64,000 nt of DNA from an uncultured Acidobacteriota bacterium (GCA_963764715.1 CAVXTP010000014.1:64001-128000); one strand, 5' to 3'. Positions 37,634 to 48,893 are shown, numbered from the stretch's first letter. Notes: generated by a model from the letters alone, not told the origin. Made by a program: numbers and translations.

Positions 37634-37649
37634 TGATGCGTTTGCACCA
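37634..37649. promoter_or_regulatory. Palindrome TGATGCGTTTGCACCA, second copy of the hydrogenase-promoter motif
   Basis: TGATGC-N4-GCAYCA; -10-like TACCCT at 37673. Confidence 0.55.
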
Positions 37650-37703
37650 TGCGCGCGCCCGGCGCGCCTGTCTACCCTCGAGTTGAACGCACGGAGGTGG
37701 GTG

Positions 37704-38258
37704 ATGACACTTCTGAATCTCTTTCTGATCGTCCTGGCCGTCTCCCTGATTCCGGTGATTTTCGTCTCCGTCCGCGCCTACCGGCGTTACCGGGGCGCAC
37801 GGGTGGTCACCTGTCCCGAGACGAAGCAGACGGTCGCCGTGACGATCGACCGGGGCCATGCCGCGGCCACGACCCTCGCCGGCGAGCCGGAGCTGCGCCT
37901 CGAATCCTGCACGCGCTGGCCCGAACGGCAGCACTGCAACCAGGCGTGCATCTCCCAGATCGAGAGCTCGCCCGACGGCTGCCTCGTGCGCAACATCCTC
38001 ACCCACTGGTACGAGGGAGCCTCCTGCGCCCTCTGCGGAAACAAGATCGAGATTCACTGGGGCGACAACAGGCCGGCGATCCTGGGTCCGGACAACAAGT
38101 CGCTCGAATGGGACGAGATCCGGCCCGAAAAGCTGCCGGAGATCCTGGCGACGCACAAGCGGGTCTGCTGGAGCTGCCACGTCGCGAACACGTTTCACGA
38201 CCAGTACCCGGACCTGGTGACCGAGCGCAAGGCCGCGCCCGAGCGCCGCGTCTCCTAG
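37704..38258 (+). CDS. Membrane-anchored Cys-rich hypothetical protein
   Basis: N-terminal TM followed by RAYRRYR; 9 Cys: CPE, CTRWP...CNQAC, GC, CALC, CWSCH; GGAGG SD. Confidence 0.85.
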   Translation: MTLLNLFLIVLAVSLIPVIFVSVRAYRRYRGARVVTCPETKQTVAVTIDRGHAAATTLAGEPELRLESCTRWPERQHCNQACISQIESSPDGCLVRNILTHWYEGASCALCGNKIEIHWGDNRPAILGPDNKSLEWDEIRPEKLPEILATHKRVCWSCHVANTFHDQYPDLVTERKAAPERRVS

Positions 38259-38385
38259 TCCGGGACCGAACGACCGGACACTCGAGACCGAGGCCAGGTC
38301 GGCCAGTGCCGGCGGGACGACCGCCGGCACATCTCCGTTTCGAGAGAGACTGGGTTGGCTCGGCCCATCGACCGGAGGGAGACGA

Positions 38386-38919
38386 ATGAAGATCAGGCCA
38401 TCGACTCCGACGGGAGGCTCGGCCCTCCGGCTGGGGACGCTGTTCGCAATCGCTCTGGCCGGTGCTCCGGGGGCGACCCTCGCTCGGGGTGCCCCGTCCG
38501 AGCAAGGAGAGGGTGGCCGGCCCTCCGACCCGTGGCAGGTCAGTCAGATCGTGAAACCGGAAGACCTCGCCGCGTCCCTGTCGAAGGCGGCGGCCGACAA
38601 GCCTTTGCTGCTCTACGTCGGGCCCCGGTTCCCCTACCTGGGCGGTCACATCGCGGGGTCGATCTTCGCCGGACCCGCGTCGAAAACCGAGGGTCTCGAG
38701 GCGCTGAAGGCGGAGGTGAAGAGTCTCCCCCGGGACAAGCCGATCGTCATCTATTGCGGCTGCTGTCCCTGGAAGGTTTGTCCCAACATCCGCCCGGCCT
38801 TTCGCGCCCTGCAGGACATGGAGTTCAGGAACGTCCGGGTCCTGTATCTGCCGACGAATCTGCGGCAGGACTGGATCGACAAGGGATGGCCGACTCAGAA
38901 GGGAGACGATGCCCGATGA
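38386..38919 (+). CDS. Exported rhodanese-like domain protein
   Basis: GHIAGS, IVIYCGCCPW..CPNIRPA, W..KGWP. Confidence 0.85.
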   Translation: MKIRPSTPTGGSALRLGTLFAIALAGAPGATLARGAPSEQGEGGRPSDPWQVSQIVKPEDLAASLSKAAADKPLLLYVGPRFPYLGGHIAGSIFAGPASKTEGLEALKAEVKSLPRDKPIVIYCGCCPWKVCPNIRPAFRALQDMEFRNVRVLYLPTNLRQDWIDKGWPTQKGDDAR

Positions 38920-38968
38920 GGAGCGATTCCTGAATCCATAGTCCCCCCGGGCCGAGGACAATCCAGAG

Positions 38969-41652
38969 TCAGCGGGGGTTCCCGCCCGGCACGAGAGCCG
39001 GCCAGTCGACGATCACGCCGATGGGCGCCGGTTCGGCCGTCGCGATGTCGATCAGGAATCGCTGGCCGGAGGAATCGACGTCGTAGTCGCGCAACTCTCC
39101 GTCGAGCGGAAACAGCAGCGTCGGGGCGCCCGGGTCCGGACTCGGGCCCGGACGGATCGCGACCGCCGTGAGTCGGCCCTCGCCCGACACGTAGAAGAGC
39201 TCGCGACCGTCCCGCCGCCACCGCGGCAGCCTTCCACCGCCGGAGGAGATCCGGATGCTCTGGCCGCCACCGTCCACCGGACGCAGGTAGATCTCGCGCG
39301 CGCCCGACTCGTTGGAGACGTAAGCCAGCCAGCGTCCATCGGGCGAGAACGCGGACTCGCCTCGAAGAAAGGCGTCTGCGCGACGGGCACGGCTCCTTCG
39401 AACCCGAGAGGGGCAGGAACCAGATGTCTCCGTTGGTCTGGCGGCTCCACTCGCTGAAGACCAGCGTCCGTCCGTCCGGCGACGCGTCTTCGCGGGTTCT
39501 GGACTCCGGGGCGGCGCAGCAGCGGAGCGTCGCGTCCGGGCGACGACGCGGGGATCTCGAAGAGGTCGGGAGGACCGAACCGGTCGCCGCGGAAGAAGAT
39601 CTTCGTCGCGTCGGCCGACCAGACCGGCGCCTGGTCGTCGCCCTCGTCGACCGTGAGACGCAGCGGCAAGCTTGCGCGCGAGGTCGTAGAGCCAGATGTC
39701 GGAGGTTCCCTGCTTCTCGTCGCGGACGGTCGGCCGCGACCGTCCGGCCGTCGGGCGAGAGCCGGACATGCGAGACGATTCCCTCCAGGCCGATCGTCTC
39801 GATCGGGCGGCCGGAACGGTCCAGCCACACGACGCGGCTCGGGTTGCGCAGCTTCTCGTAGGAGATGACGCCGGCCTGCGACGTCGAGAATCCCGCCTGC
39901 GCCGGGCCGTTGAAGTAGTAGACCCGCTCGGCCAGCGTGGTCGCTTCGCCAGAAAGCCGCAGGGTGCGGAGCGTCGAAGCGCTGCGCCAGGAGAGAGCCT
40001 TGCCGGGCGTAGATCAGGTATCCCGGAGCGACGTACTCGACCCGGGACCAGATCGCGTCGGAGATCGGCGTGATCTCCCGCGAATCGAGCGGAGCCCGCG
40101 TTCAGGTACCAGCGTCGATCCCCCTGGGCCTCGAAGTCGCGCGACAGAAAGAGGAACCGGCGGCCGTCGGGAAGGAAGTGCGGCCAGAGGCCGACGTTCT
40201 CCTTCCTGTCCTTGTAGATGATCCGGCTGCGGCTCGCCGCCCTCGGCGGCGACGGCGTAGATCCCGGGTCCCTGCGGCCCGATCTGGGCGAAGAGGATCG
40301 TGCCGGCTGAGCCCCAGCTCGCCAGCGTCTCGAGATAGGGCGCATCGCAGATCGTCCGGGGAGGCCCGCCGGCCAGATCCATCCGCTGGAGCTTTCCGTC
40401 CGCGAAGAACCCCAGCGATCGGGAGTCGGGAGACCAGAAAGGCGAGACGCCTCCCTCGGTCCCCTCGAGGGCCCGGACCTCGAGCGAGTCGAGGGCGCGA
40501 AGGTAGATGCGCCGGCGGCCCGACGCGGCGCCCACGATGGCGAGGTTGCGCCCGTCGGGCGACAGCGAAGTCTGTCCTTCGATCTCGCCGGATTCGAAAC
40601 CCACGCCCTCCGGAAGCGACACCGAGAACCGGATCACGCGGCGGCGCCGCGGGAGGCCGCCCGCGTCCCGCCGTCAGCGCCCAGCCGAGCGCGGCCGCCA
40701 GCGCCGCGGCGATCGCCCAGGGCGCGCCCGTCGCCAGGCCGCGCCGCGCCGGGCCCGCGGGTCGCGTCACGCCGGTCCCGCCGCTCGCTTCGCTCAGCCG
40801 GTCCTTGAGCGTCGCGAGGTCCCGCGCGAGGTCGCGGGTCGAGGCGTACCGGTCGTCCGGCGCTTTCGCGAGGCAGCGCTCCACGACCCAGCGCAGCGGC
40901 GCCGGCGCCAGCGGGGCGAGCGCCGCGATCGCTTCGGGCTCGTCGCGGATGATCGCCGAGAGGGTCTCGGGGGTGCTTCCGCGCTGGAACGCCCGCTTGC
41001 CCGTCGCCATCTCGTAGAGGATCGAGCCGAGCGAGAACTGGTCCGACCGGAAGTCGACCGGCTTGCCGAGCGCCTGCTCCGGCGACATGTAGCCCGCCGT
41101 CCCCATCACGACCCCCGGCTCGGTCGCCCCGGAGACGGTCGGCGACGACGTGACTTCGCTCGAGCCCTCGGGCTCCGTCAGCTTCGCGAGGCCGAAGTCG
41201 AGGATCTTCACGAAGCCGTCCTTCGTGACCATCAGGTTCTCGGGCTTCAGGTCCCGGTGCACGATCCCGGCGCCGTGGGCCTTCGCGAGGCCGTCGGCCG
41301 CCTGCGCCGCGACCGAGAGCAACGAGCGGACCGGCAGCGCGCCCTCCGCCAGCGCCTCGCGCAGCGTCCGTCCGTCGACGAGCTCCATCGCGATGAACGC
41401 CACCCCGTCGGCCGAGCCGATGTCGTAGATCGTGACGAGGTTGGGATGGTTGAGCGCCGACGCCGCGCGCGCCTCCTTCTCGAAGCGCTTCAGGCGCTCG
41501 ACGTGCGAGGCGACCTCCGCCGGCAGCACCTTGATCGCGATCTCGCGCTGCAGCCGCGGGTCCCGCGCCCGGTACACCTCGCCCATCCCGCCCGCGCCGA
41601 GCGGCGCGACGATCTCGTACGGGCCGAGGCGCTGACCGGTGCGAAGCGACAT
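38969..41652 (-). pseudogene. Ser/Thr kinase-TolB propeller paralog broken by multiple frameshifts (true pseudogene or assembly errors)
   Basis: Intact kinase domain at 41652 to about 40650; propeller blades (SPDG repeats, YVSNESG) are spread across at least five ORF fragments in different frames. Confidence 0.8.
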
Positions 41653-41788
41653 CGGGGAGTGCCCCGATACTACCTCCCGAAGCTCGCCCGGGACGAACGG
41701 ACCAAAAGCCCGGACGAATCGGCCGGCGGCCCCGATTCTCCGATCATTCTCCGTTCCCGTCCCGATCCTTATGGGCTAGCCTGATCGC

Positions 41789-42865
41789 ATGCATCCACGC
41801 TTGGCGTTTCCGGCCGCTCTTCTCTCCGCCGCCGCTCTCGCCCGCGCGGGCGCGGCGGCCGCCCAGGAGCCGGCCGACCGGCAGGGCGCGGTCCAGGAAG
41901 AGGTCGTCGTCGAGCGCGTCGTCATCGACGCGCACGTCATCGGACCCGACGGCAACCCGCTCCCCGACCTGACCGCCGAGGACTTCCGCGTCAAGATCGA
42001 CGGCCGCTCCGTCATCCTCGAGGACGTCGAGTGGCTGCCCGGCGACAAGCCCGAGAACGACGCCTCGGCGCTCGTCGGCATCGAGGGGGAGGAAGCCGAG
42101 CGCTTCCGGCAGGACGCGCCGCCGGGCCGCCTCATCGTCTTCTTCTTTCAGCACGACGGCAGCCAGACCACCCGCCTGCACGGCCTGATGCGCAACGCCC
42201 AGCAGGCCCGCCGCTTCCTCGACACGCTCCTGCCCACGGACCGGATCGCGGTCGCTTCGCACGACTCGCAGCTGAAGCTGCGGCAGGACTTCACGTCCGA
42301 CCGGGCGAAGATCGAGACCGCGATCACGTCCTCGATCCGCACGTCGATGCCGCCCGAGCCGGACCCCGCGAGCCAGCCCTCGATCGGACGCTACCTCGAC
42401 CGCGACCGCGGCGAAGAACGCGGGACGACGGACCGCGCGATCGAGGTCCTCGCCCGCGCGCTCGAGCCGCTGCCCGGCGGCAAGTCGATGGTGTTCTTCG
42501 GCTGGGGCCTCGGCAGCACGCAGGGCGGAGTCAGCGGCCCCGTCGCCTCCGAGTCCCGGGACTACAGCGAGATGATCTATTCGCTCGGCCGCTCGCGAAC
42601 CAACCTCTTCACGCTCGACGTCGCCGACGCCGACTACCACTCCCTGGAGGATTACCTCAAGCAGGTCTCCCAGGTGACGGGCGGCACCTACCAGAAGACG
42701 CACATCTTCCCGGCCCTCGCGATGGAGCTCGTCCGGCGGACGATCTCGGGCCGCTACATCCTGGTCGTCGTGAAGCCCCGCGGCACCCGCGGCGACCACC
42801 AGATCGACGTACAGCTCGTCGGCCGGAAGGGCTACGTCTACGCGAGGCAGTACTACCAGGACTGA
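41789..42865 (+). CDS. Exported VWA-domain protein (Acidobacterial VWFA-related type)
   Basis: PDLTAEDF, LLPTDRIAV...QDFTSDR, LPGGKSMVFF, TGG, YARQYY. Confidence 0.8.
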   Translation: MHPRLAFPAALLSAAALARAGAAAAQEPADRQGAVQEEVVVERVVIDAHVIGPDGNPLPDLTAEDFRVKIDGRSVILEDVEWLPGDKPENDASALVGIEGEEAERFRQDAPPGRLIVFFFQHDGSQTTRLHGLMRNAQQARRFLDTLLPTDRIAVASHDSQLKLRQDFTSDRAKIETAITSSIRTSMPPEPDPASQPSIGRYLDRDRGEERGTTDRAIEVLARALEPLPGGKSMVFFGWGLGSTQGGVSGPVASESRDYSEMIYSLGRSRTNLFTLDVADADYHSLEDYLKQVSQVTGGTYQKTHIFPALAMELVRRTISGRYILVVVKPRGTRGDHQIDVQLVGRKGYVYARQYYQD

Positions 42866-42902
42866 ATCGCGGGGATCGAGCCTGACTCCAGCGCCCCGGT
42901 TT

Positions 42903-42962
42903 GTAGGGGCGGGGCTTGTCCCCGCCCGGCGTCACAAGGCGGCCGCAAGAGGCCGCCCCGAC
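42903..42962 (+). repeat. GTAG-type REP doublet, copy 3
   Basis: GTAGGGGCGGGGCTTGTCCCCGCCC plus an inverted GGCGGCC-GCAAGA-GGCCGCC unit. Confidence 0.85.
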
Positions 42963-42984
42963 GGCCATCAACGGCCGGGAGCCC

Positions 42985-44000
42985 TTACCGCCGCTCGAGC
43001 GTCGCCCTTCCCGAAGTTTCCTTCGCCAGCCCTTCGGAGGCGAGGAACGCCTTCGCCGCGGCGTCGCCGAGCAGGGTCGCATCCCAGAACGCGACGGTCA
43101 CAGCTTTCAGGTCCTTGAAGATCGCGACCTCCTCGTCGACCGACGGCGCGCCCTTGCCGCGCCCGGACAGCGAGGCTCCCGGCTCGGCGTACTGTCCCGT
43201 GAAAGACAGGGCGCCGGCGCCCCGCAGCAGCAGCATGAACTTGTCCCCCGGCGGCGATAGAGCGAATGCGTCGAGGCGCCACGAGGAGTCCTGCCCCTTC
43301 GGGCCCTTGTCGCGCGAGCCCGTCACGACCATGAGCGGGCGGGCGACATGCGACCAGGAGCTCCTGGTGAACCCGCGCCAGCCCTGGCCCGGCGGCGAGA
43401 GCAGGAGGAACGCCTTCGGACGGGGATCGGCGAAGCTCTTTCCCTTTTCGCCCTTCGGCACGTCCACCGTCGCCCCCGCGAGAAGGCCGGCGGTGTACGC
43501 GCCGTAGGCCTGTCCGCCCACGCCGATCCTGGCGGCATCGATCCGGCCGGCGAGCGACGGGACGCGCTCTCCGACGAGCGCGAGCGAATCGAGAACGAAC
43601 GCGAGGTCGCGCGCCCGGTTCTCCCACGCCTTCGGATCGGCCGCGCTCTTCCCGGAGCGCCGTCCGCGTGCGACGGGGCGAGGACCACGTACCCGCGCGT
43701 CGCCCAGAAGCGCAGGAGCGGCCGCGAGTCTTTCGCCGTTCCGGACTCTCCGTGCGAGAAGACGATCACCGGGAACGGTCCGTCGCCGCTCGGGTAGGTC
43801 ACCGCGATCGGGATCTCGCGCCGGCGCGCGTCGTCGCGCAGTCGCACGTCGGCCTCGGCCGCCACCGCGATTCCGCTCCGCGCGAGCTCCGCGGCCGGCG
43901 GAGCGACGGGCGGCGGCGCCGGGGAGGACGGGCCCGGGGAGGCGGCGGGCGCGCAGGCCGTCGCGAGGCATAGGCTCAGTGTGCCGAGGAATCGCCGCAT
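42985..44000 (-). CDS. Alpha/beta-hydrolase-fold lipoprotein with degenerate catalytic residues and a frameshift near 43650
   Basis: LATAC lipobox and PVIVFSHG..APSHAD in one frame; RARDLAFVLD, GGQAYGA and GSRD in another. Confidence 0.75.
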
Positions 44001-44016
44001 GGAGCTCCGTGACGGT

Positions 44017-46798
44017 TCAGGGCCGGAAGATGAGGTCAGCATATCCCCGGACGGTGTCGAACCGCGGCGCCGCGCTCTGGATCCAGGCCGCCCCGACGCG
44101 AAACGAAACGGACCGCCCGAACTCGGCGGGGATCAGACGCTCGAGACGCGCCTCCGCGCCGGCGACGCGCACCGGTTGGGGCCGCAGCGAGCCCGGGTTC
44201 CACGCGCGCAGCCACTCCCCGTAGAGGACGAGAGGCCACGCCGACGCCTCCGCCTCGGCGCGGTACGCCTCGAACTTCTCGCCGAGCTGGACGGCGAAAG
44301 GCAGCGCCCGGCTCTCGATGCGGTTGCGGTCGAAGCCGGGCGGCAGGATCGTCGAAGGCGAGCCGCCGATCTCGAAGACGTCGAAGCGCGTCGGCTGACC
44401 GCCCGTGTCTCCCCAGCGCGCGCCCGCCGAGAACGTCGCGAGCGGAGTGACGCCGAAGAGCCGGGCGTTTCCGGCCGCCTGGCTCCAGCCGCGGCCGTCG
44501 GTCTCGCCGGCCGATCCCCGGGCCTCGAGGTCGACTCCCCCGCCCCACCGGCCCCGCGTGCGCCGGTAGACCGCGCGCAGGCGCGCGGTGCCGAGCGCCC
44601 GTCCGAAGTCGCGGCCCGTCGCGAGGGCGTCGTAGTTCGCCACGCCTTCGCCGCCGTCGACCTCGAGGCGTCCCCAGTCGAAGGCCCGGGCCCAGGCGGC
44701 CTCGAAGTAGCCTCCGCGGCGCTCGACGTCGAGCGCCGGACGTGGCGCGAGGCTCTGGCGGCCGGGCTTCTCGAGCGCCGAGAAGAGCTGGAGCGAGACC
44801 GTCACGGGCAGGCCGCGCCAGGCGGCCGCGATCGTTCCGCCGCGCGGCCCGGGCGTGTTGCCGACCGAGCCCGCGGCGAGCCAGTGCAGGCGCCCGACCA
44901 CGTCGCCGCCGTCGACGCCGAGCTGCACGGTGTCCCCGTCGGGACCGAGGGAGAAGTTCAAGAGCGGACGGACGGCCTGCGAGGGCCATACCGAGTAGGG
45001 CCGGTCCGGCGCCGTGGGCCCGGCGACGATCGGCGGCGCGGCCTCCCGCCGCGGCGCGCCGAGCGGCTCCTCGCCCGACGGCGGCGCCGGCGCGAGGTCC
45101 AGGCGGCGGACGTCGACTCCCCGCGCCGTCCAGTCGAGGAAGTAGAGCGCGCGGCCGTCCGGCGACGGCGCCGGCGCGAAGGCGCCGCCGGTCACGCGGG
45201 TGCGGACCGTCGCGGCACCCTGGCCGTCGGCTGGAATCGCGGCGACGTTCCAGGTCCCCGTTCCGTCGGACGTCACGAAGATCGTCGAGCCGTCCGCGCT
45301 CCACGCGGGAGCGGCCGCGGCCGCTCCGGCGACGGCGAGCTCGGTCAGCTTCCCGCCCGCGGCGGGCACCACGACGAGCCGCCACCGGGCGTCGCGATGC
45401 AGCAGCGCCGCGACGCGTGTCCCGTCCGGTGAGAGGCGGGGCTCCGCCCAGACCGGCCAGTCGCCGGGGACGAGGCCCTCGCACGCGATCTCGGCGACTT
45501 CGCCGGTCGCGAGGTCGACGCGCACGAGCGCCGTCGCTCCGAACCGCGACCGGACGGCGACGGCGAAGCGGCCATCCCGCGAAGGGTCGGCCTGGGACAC
45601 GTCGGCCCGCCGCGTCACGCGGGCGACCGAGCCGCGCTCCCAGTCCCAGAGATACAGGTCCCGCCGGAGAACGCCTTCGTCGTCCGGCGCGCGCCGCGAG
45701 AAGAGCACGCGCCGCCCGTCCGGCATCCAGCGCGGGTCGGCCGGAGAGTATCCGTCGAGCCGCGGCAGGGTCCGCAGCGGCTCCCGCTCGGTCTTCTGCG
45801 GCGCGAGGTCCCAGACCGACAGCAGGCTCACGCGCCGGGACGGGTCGCGGCGGACGAGGAGCTTCGAGCCGTCGGGTGAAACCTGCGGCGAGAGCGTCGA
45901 GCCCTCGAGCGAGAGCACGAGGTCGCCGTCGACGAGGCCCGCCGCCTTCAGCCGTTTCTCCTCGTCGATCGCCCGCGCGCAGGACTCGGCGACGAAACGC
46001 TCGTAGAGGTCCTTCGGCGAGTCGCCGTAGACCTCCCGGAAGGAGGCGTCGAAGCCGTCCGCGAACCGCGAGGCCATCCTCTGCCAGAGATCGGGCAGGC
46101 TGTTCGGGCCGGCCCGGTCGACGAGCCACTCGAGGTAGGCCGACCCCACGAGGTACGGCATCGCATCCGAGAGCCAGCCGTCCCCGCTCGTCGAGATCCC
46201 CGTAGGCCGGGAGCTTGCCGGCGATCGCGAGCCCGCGAAGGACCATCGCGCGCAAGCTCGAGGCCGGCCGCCCCGAGCCCGTCAGCGCGCCCTCGACGAG
46301 CGTGGCGTAGCCTTCGATCAGCCACCTCGGGGAACCGAAAACCAGCGGGCCGAACGGCGCGGGCGAGAGTCGAGACACGAAGCCGCGCCATCCCGGCGCC
46401 GGCCGCGCGAGATGGACGACGTGCGCCACCTCGTGCGTCGCCAGCATCTCCGTCCAGTCGCGGAAGTCCGAAAGCTCCGACGCCGCGCCCGGCGGGGACG
46501 TCCAGAGCAGGATCTCGGGCCGGTCGAGAAACGGCGCGGCGGCGCCGTTGGCGTCGGCCGCGGGGTCCGACACCACCACGTCGATCGGCCGGTCGGGAGC
46601 AAAGCCCACGAACGCCGCGACGCGCGCGTGGATCGGCTCGAGCTGCCCCGCGGCGTGCCGGGCCCAGGCCTCGAAGGGCGCCGGAAAGTGGACGCGGAAG
46701 TGGGCGGTCTCGACGGTGCGCCACTCGGCCGACGGCCCCTGCGCCGCCGCGGCGGACGCCAGAGCGAGGAGGAATCCGACGAGCCCGCCGCGGCGCAT
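44017..46798 (-). CDS. Exported multidomain protein: zincin peptidase + TolB-like propeller + C-terminal beta-barrel-like region; frameshift near 46180
   Basis: WRTVETAHFRVHF, HEVAH and WLIEGYA in ORF 44036-46798; PYLVG, SPDG repeats and amphipathic strands in ORF 44017-46161. Confidence 0.75.
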
Positions 46799-46875
46799 CG
46801 CCGAGAGGCTATCAGGGGGTCGCCTGCTAAAATCGCGGCGAAAATCCGCACCCGTGTAAAACGAAGGAGAGGTCG

Positions 46876-48849
46876 ATGCCCAAGGCCCTTCGCACCGCTC
46901 TCGCCCTGGCCCTCGTCTGGACGGCCGGGACCGCCGCCGCCCAGACCTGGACTCCCATCGGGCCGTGGACGGGAGAAGTCAAAGCGCTCGCGATCGACCC
47001 CTCGGCCCCGGCGACGCTCTATGCCGGGACGTTCGGCGGCGGCCTCTACCGAACGACGGACGGGGGCGCGACGTGGACGTTGTGCGACGCGGGCTTCCCC
47101 CGCGACTCGGTGGTCGAGGGCGTCGCCGCCGACCCGTCGTCCCCGAAGACGGTCTGGGCGGTGACCAACATGGAGGGCGTCTACCGCAGCGCCGACGGGG
47201 GCGCCACCTGGAAACGCGTGCTCGCGATCGAGCGGCAGGAGTGGGCCGCCCTCGCCGTCGACCCGAAGGGCGTCGCGTACGCGGCCGGAGACACCACCGG
47301 GCCAAAGCCCGGCGTCCACCGCTCGAGCGACGGCGGTCGCACCTGGACGCATTCGGACAAGGGCTTCCCGCACAACTTCCGCCTCCGCGCGCTCGCCGTC
47401 GATCCCAGGACGCCCGCGACGATCTACGCCGGCACGATCAGCGACGGCATCTTCAAGTCGACCGACTCGGGCGGCACGTGGGCCCCCTCGAGCGACAAGA
47501 TCGAGAAGGAAAACATCCATGCCCTCGCGGTCGACCCGGTCGGCCCCGAGACCGTCTGGGCCGGGACCAACGGCGCCATCTACCGGAGCGACGACTACGG
47601 CAAGACCTGGGTGAAGAAGAGCCCCGACAAGTGGCGGCCCTTCGACGGCGACGCCTTCGCCATCGATCCCAACGACCCCAAGATCGTCTACGCCGCCGTC
47701 CCCAACCGCGTCATCAAGACGACCGACCTCGGCCGCAACTGGGCCGAGATCGCGAAGGGCTTCAACTGGATCAACTTCTCGGTGCTCGCGCTCGATCCGG
47801 CCGGGCCGCTCTACGCCGGCACCAATCGCGAAGGCGTGCTGAAGACGACCGACGGCGGACGGACCTGGTCGCCGACGCCCGACGGATTCAGCGCCGCGGA
47901 CGTGAAGGCGCTCGTGTCCGACCCGTCGGCGCCGGGCACGGTGTACGTCGGGACCGTGCAGGGCAACGTCGCCCGCACGACCGACGGCGGCCGGACGTGG
48001 ACCCGCCTCGCCGAGGGGATGACCACGACGGACGTGCGCGCGGTCGCGATCGACCCCACCTCGCCGAAGATCATTCTCGCCGGGACGGACGAGGGCATCT
48101 TCCGCAGCACCGACGGCGGCGAGAGCTGGGAACTGGTCCACAAGGACATCGTCGTCACGCGCAGCGTTCTGGCGTTTGTTTTCGATCCGGCCGACCCGAA
48201 GCGCGTCTACGCCCGCGATCCCGACACCGTCTACGCCAGCACCGACGGCGGGAAGTCCTGGAAAGAGATGCCGGACCTCGAGCGCGGCTCGAGCCTCAAC
48301 GGGTTCTTCGGGTTTGCGGCGCTGCCCGGCTCGCCCACGACGCTCTTCATCAGCACGCACGCGGGGCTCTTCAAGTCGACCGACGGCGCGAAGACGTGGA
48401 GCCCGAGCGGGGCGGGCCTTCCCCATTCCCAGATCCAGACGATCGTCGCCGATCCCGCGACGAAGACGATCTACCTCGGCACCGAGGACGAGGGTGTCTT
48501 CCGGAGCTCCGACGGCGGCGCGACGTGGACGGCGGGCCACCAGGGCCTCGGGCGCGCCAACGTCCAGGTCCTCTTCCTCGACCCGGCCGAGCCGAAGTCG
48601 CTCTACGCCGGGACCTGGAAGAAGGGCGTCTTCCGATCCCAGGACGGGGGCACGACCTGGCGCCCGGTCGGCGGGGAGCCGCCGCATCCCGACATCACGG
48701 CGCTCGCGCCGGACTACGCCAGCCCGCGCCGCCTCCTCGTCGGCACCGCCGGGCGGAGCGTCTGGAGCCTCGACACGAGCGCCGCCGCGGCCCCTCCCGC
48801 CCCGACGCCGGCGAAGAAGGCTCCCGCTCCGCCGAAGAAGAAGCCGTAA
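46876..48849 (+). CDS. Exported BNR/Asp-box repeat (VPS10/sialidase-like) beta-propeller protein
   Basis: More than 10 (S/T)xDGGxTW repeats; signal peptide; Pro/Lys tail. Confidence 0.9.
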   Translation: MPKALRTALALALVWTAGTAAAQTWTPIGPWTGEVKALAIDPSAPATLYAGTFGGGLYRTTDGGATWTLCDAGFPRDSVVEGVAADPSSPKTVWAVTNMEGVYRSADGGATWKRVLAIERQEWAALAVDPKGVAYAAGDTTGPKPGVHRSSDGGRTWTHSDKGFPHNFRLRALAVDPRTPATIYAGTISDGIFKSTDSGGTWAPSSDKIEKENIHALAVDPVGPETVWAGTNGAIYRSDDYGKTWVKKSPDKWRPFDGDAFAIDPNDPKIVYAAVPNRVIKTTDLGRNWAEIAKGFNWINFSVLALDPAGPLYAGTNREGVLKTTDGGRTWSPTPDGFSAADVKALVSDPSAPGTVYVGTVQGNVARTTDGGRTWTRLAEGMTTTDVRAVAIDPTSPKIILAGTDEGIFRSTDGGESWELVHKDIVVTRSVLAFVFDPADPKRVYARDPDTVYASTDGGKSWKEMPDLERGSSLNGFFGFAALPGSPTTLFISTHAGLFKSTDGAKTWSPSGAGLPHSQIQTIVADPATKTIYLGTEDEGVFRSSDGGATWTAGHQGLGRANVQVLFLDPAEPKSLYAGTWKKGVFRSQDGGTTWRPVGGEPPHPDITALAPDYASPRRLLVGTAGRSVWSLDTSAAAAPPAPTPAKKAPAPPKKKP

Positions 48850-48893
48850 CCTTTCCCGGACGCGGCCGTCTCCTCCTTCGAGATGGAGGAACC

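Noticed and set aside
38165-38180. CWSCH as evidence of a c-type cytochrome
   Set aside because: The domain is probably cytoplasmic and the motif pairs with CALC like a zinc finger; not enough support for heme c.
46876-48849. Periodic DNA repeats resembling an array
   Set aside because: These are protein-level Asp-box repeats inside a CDS, not CRISPR; there is no repeat-spacer structure and no cas gene.
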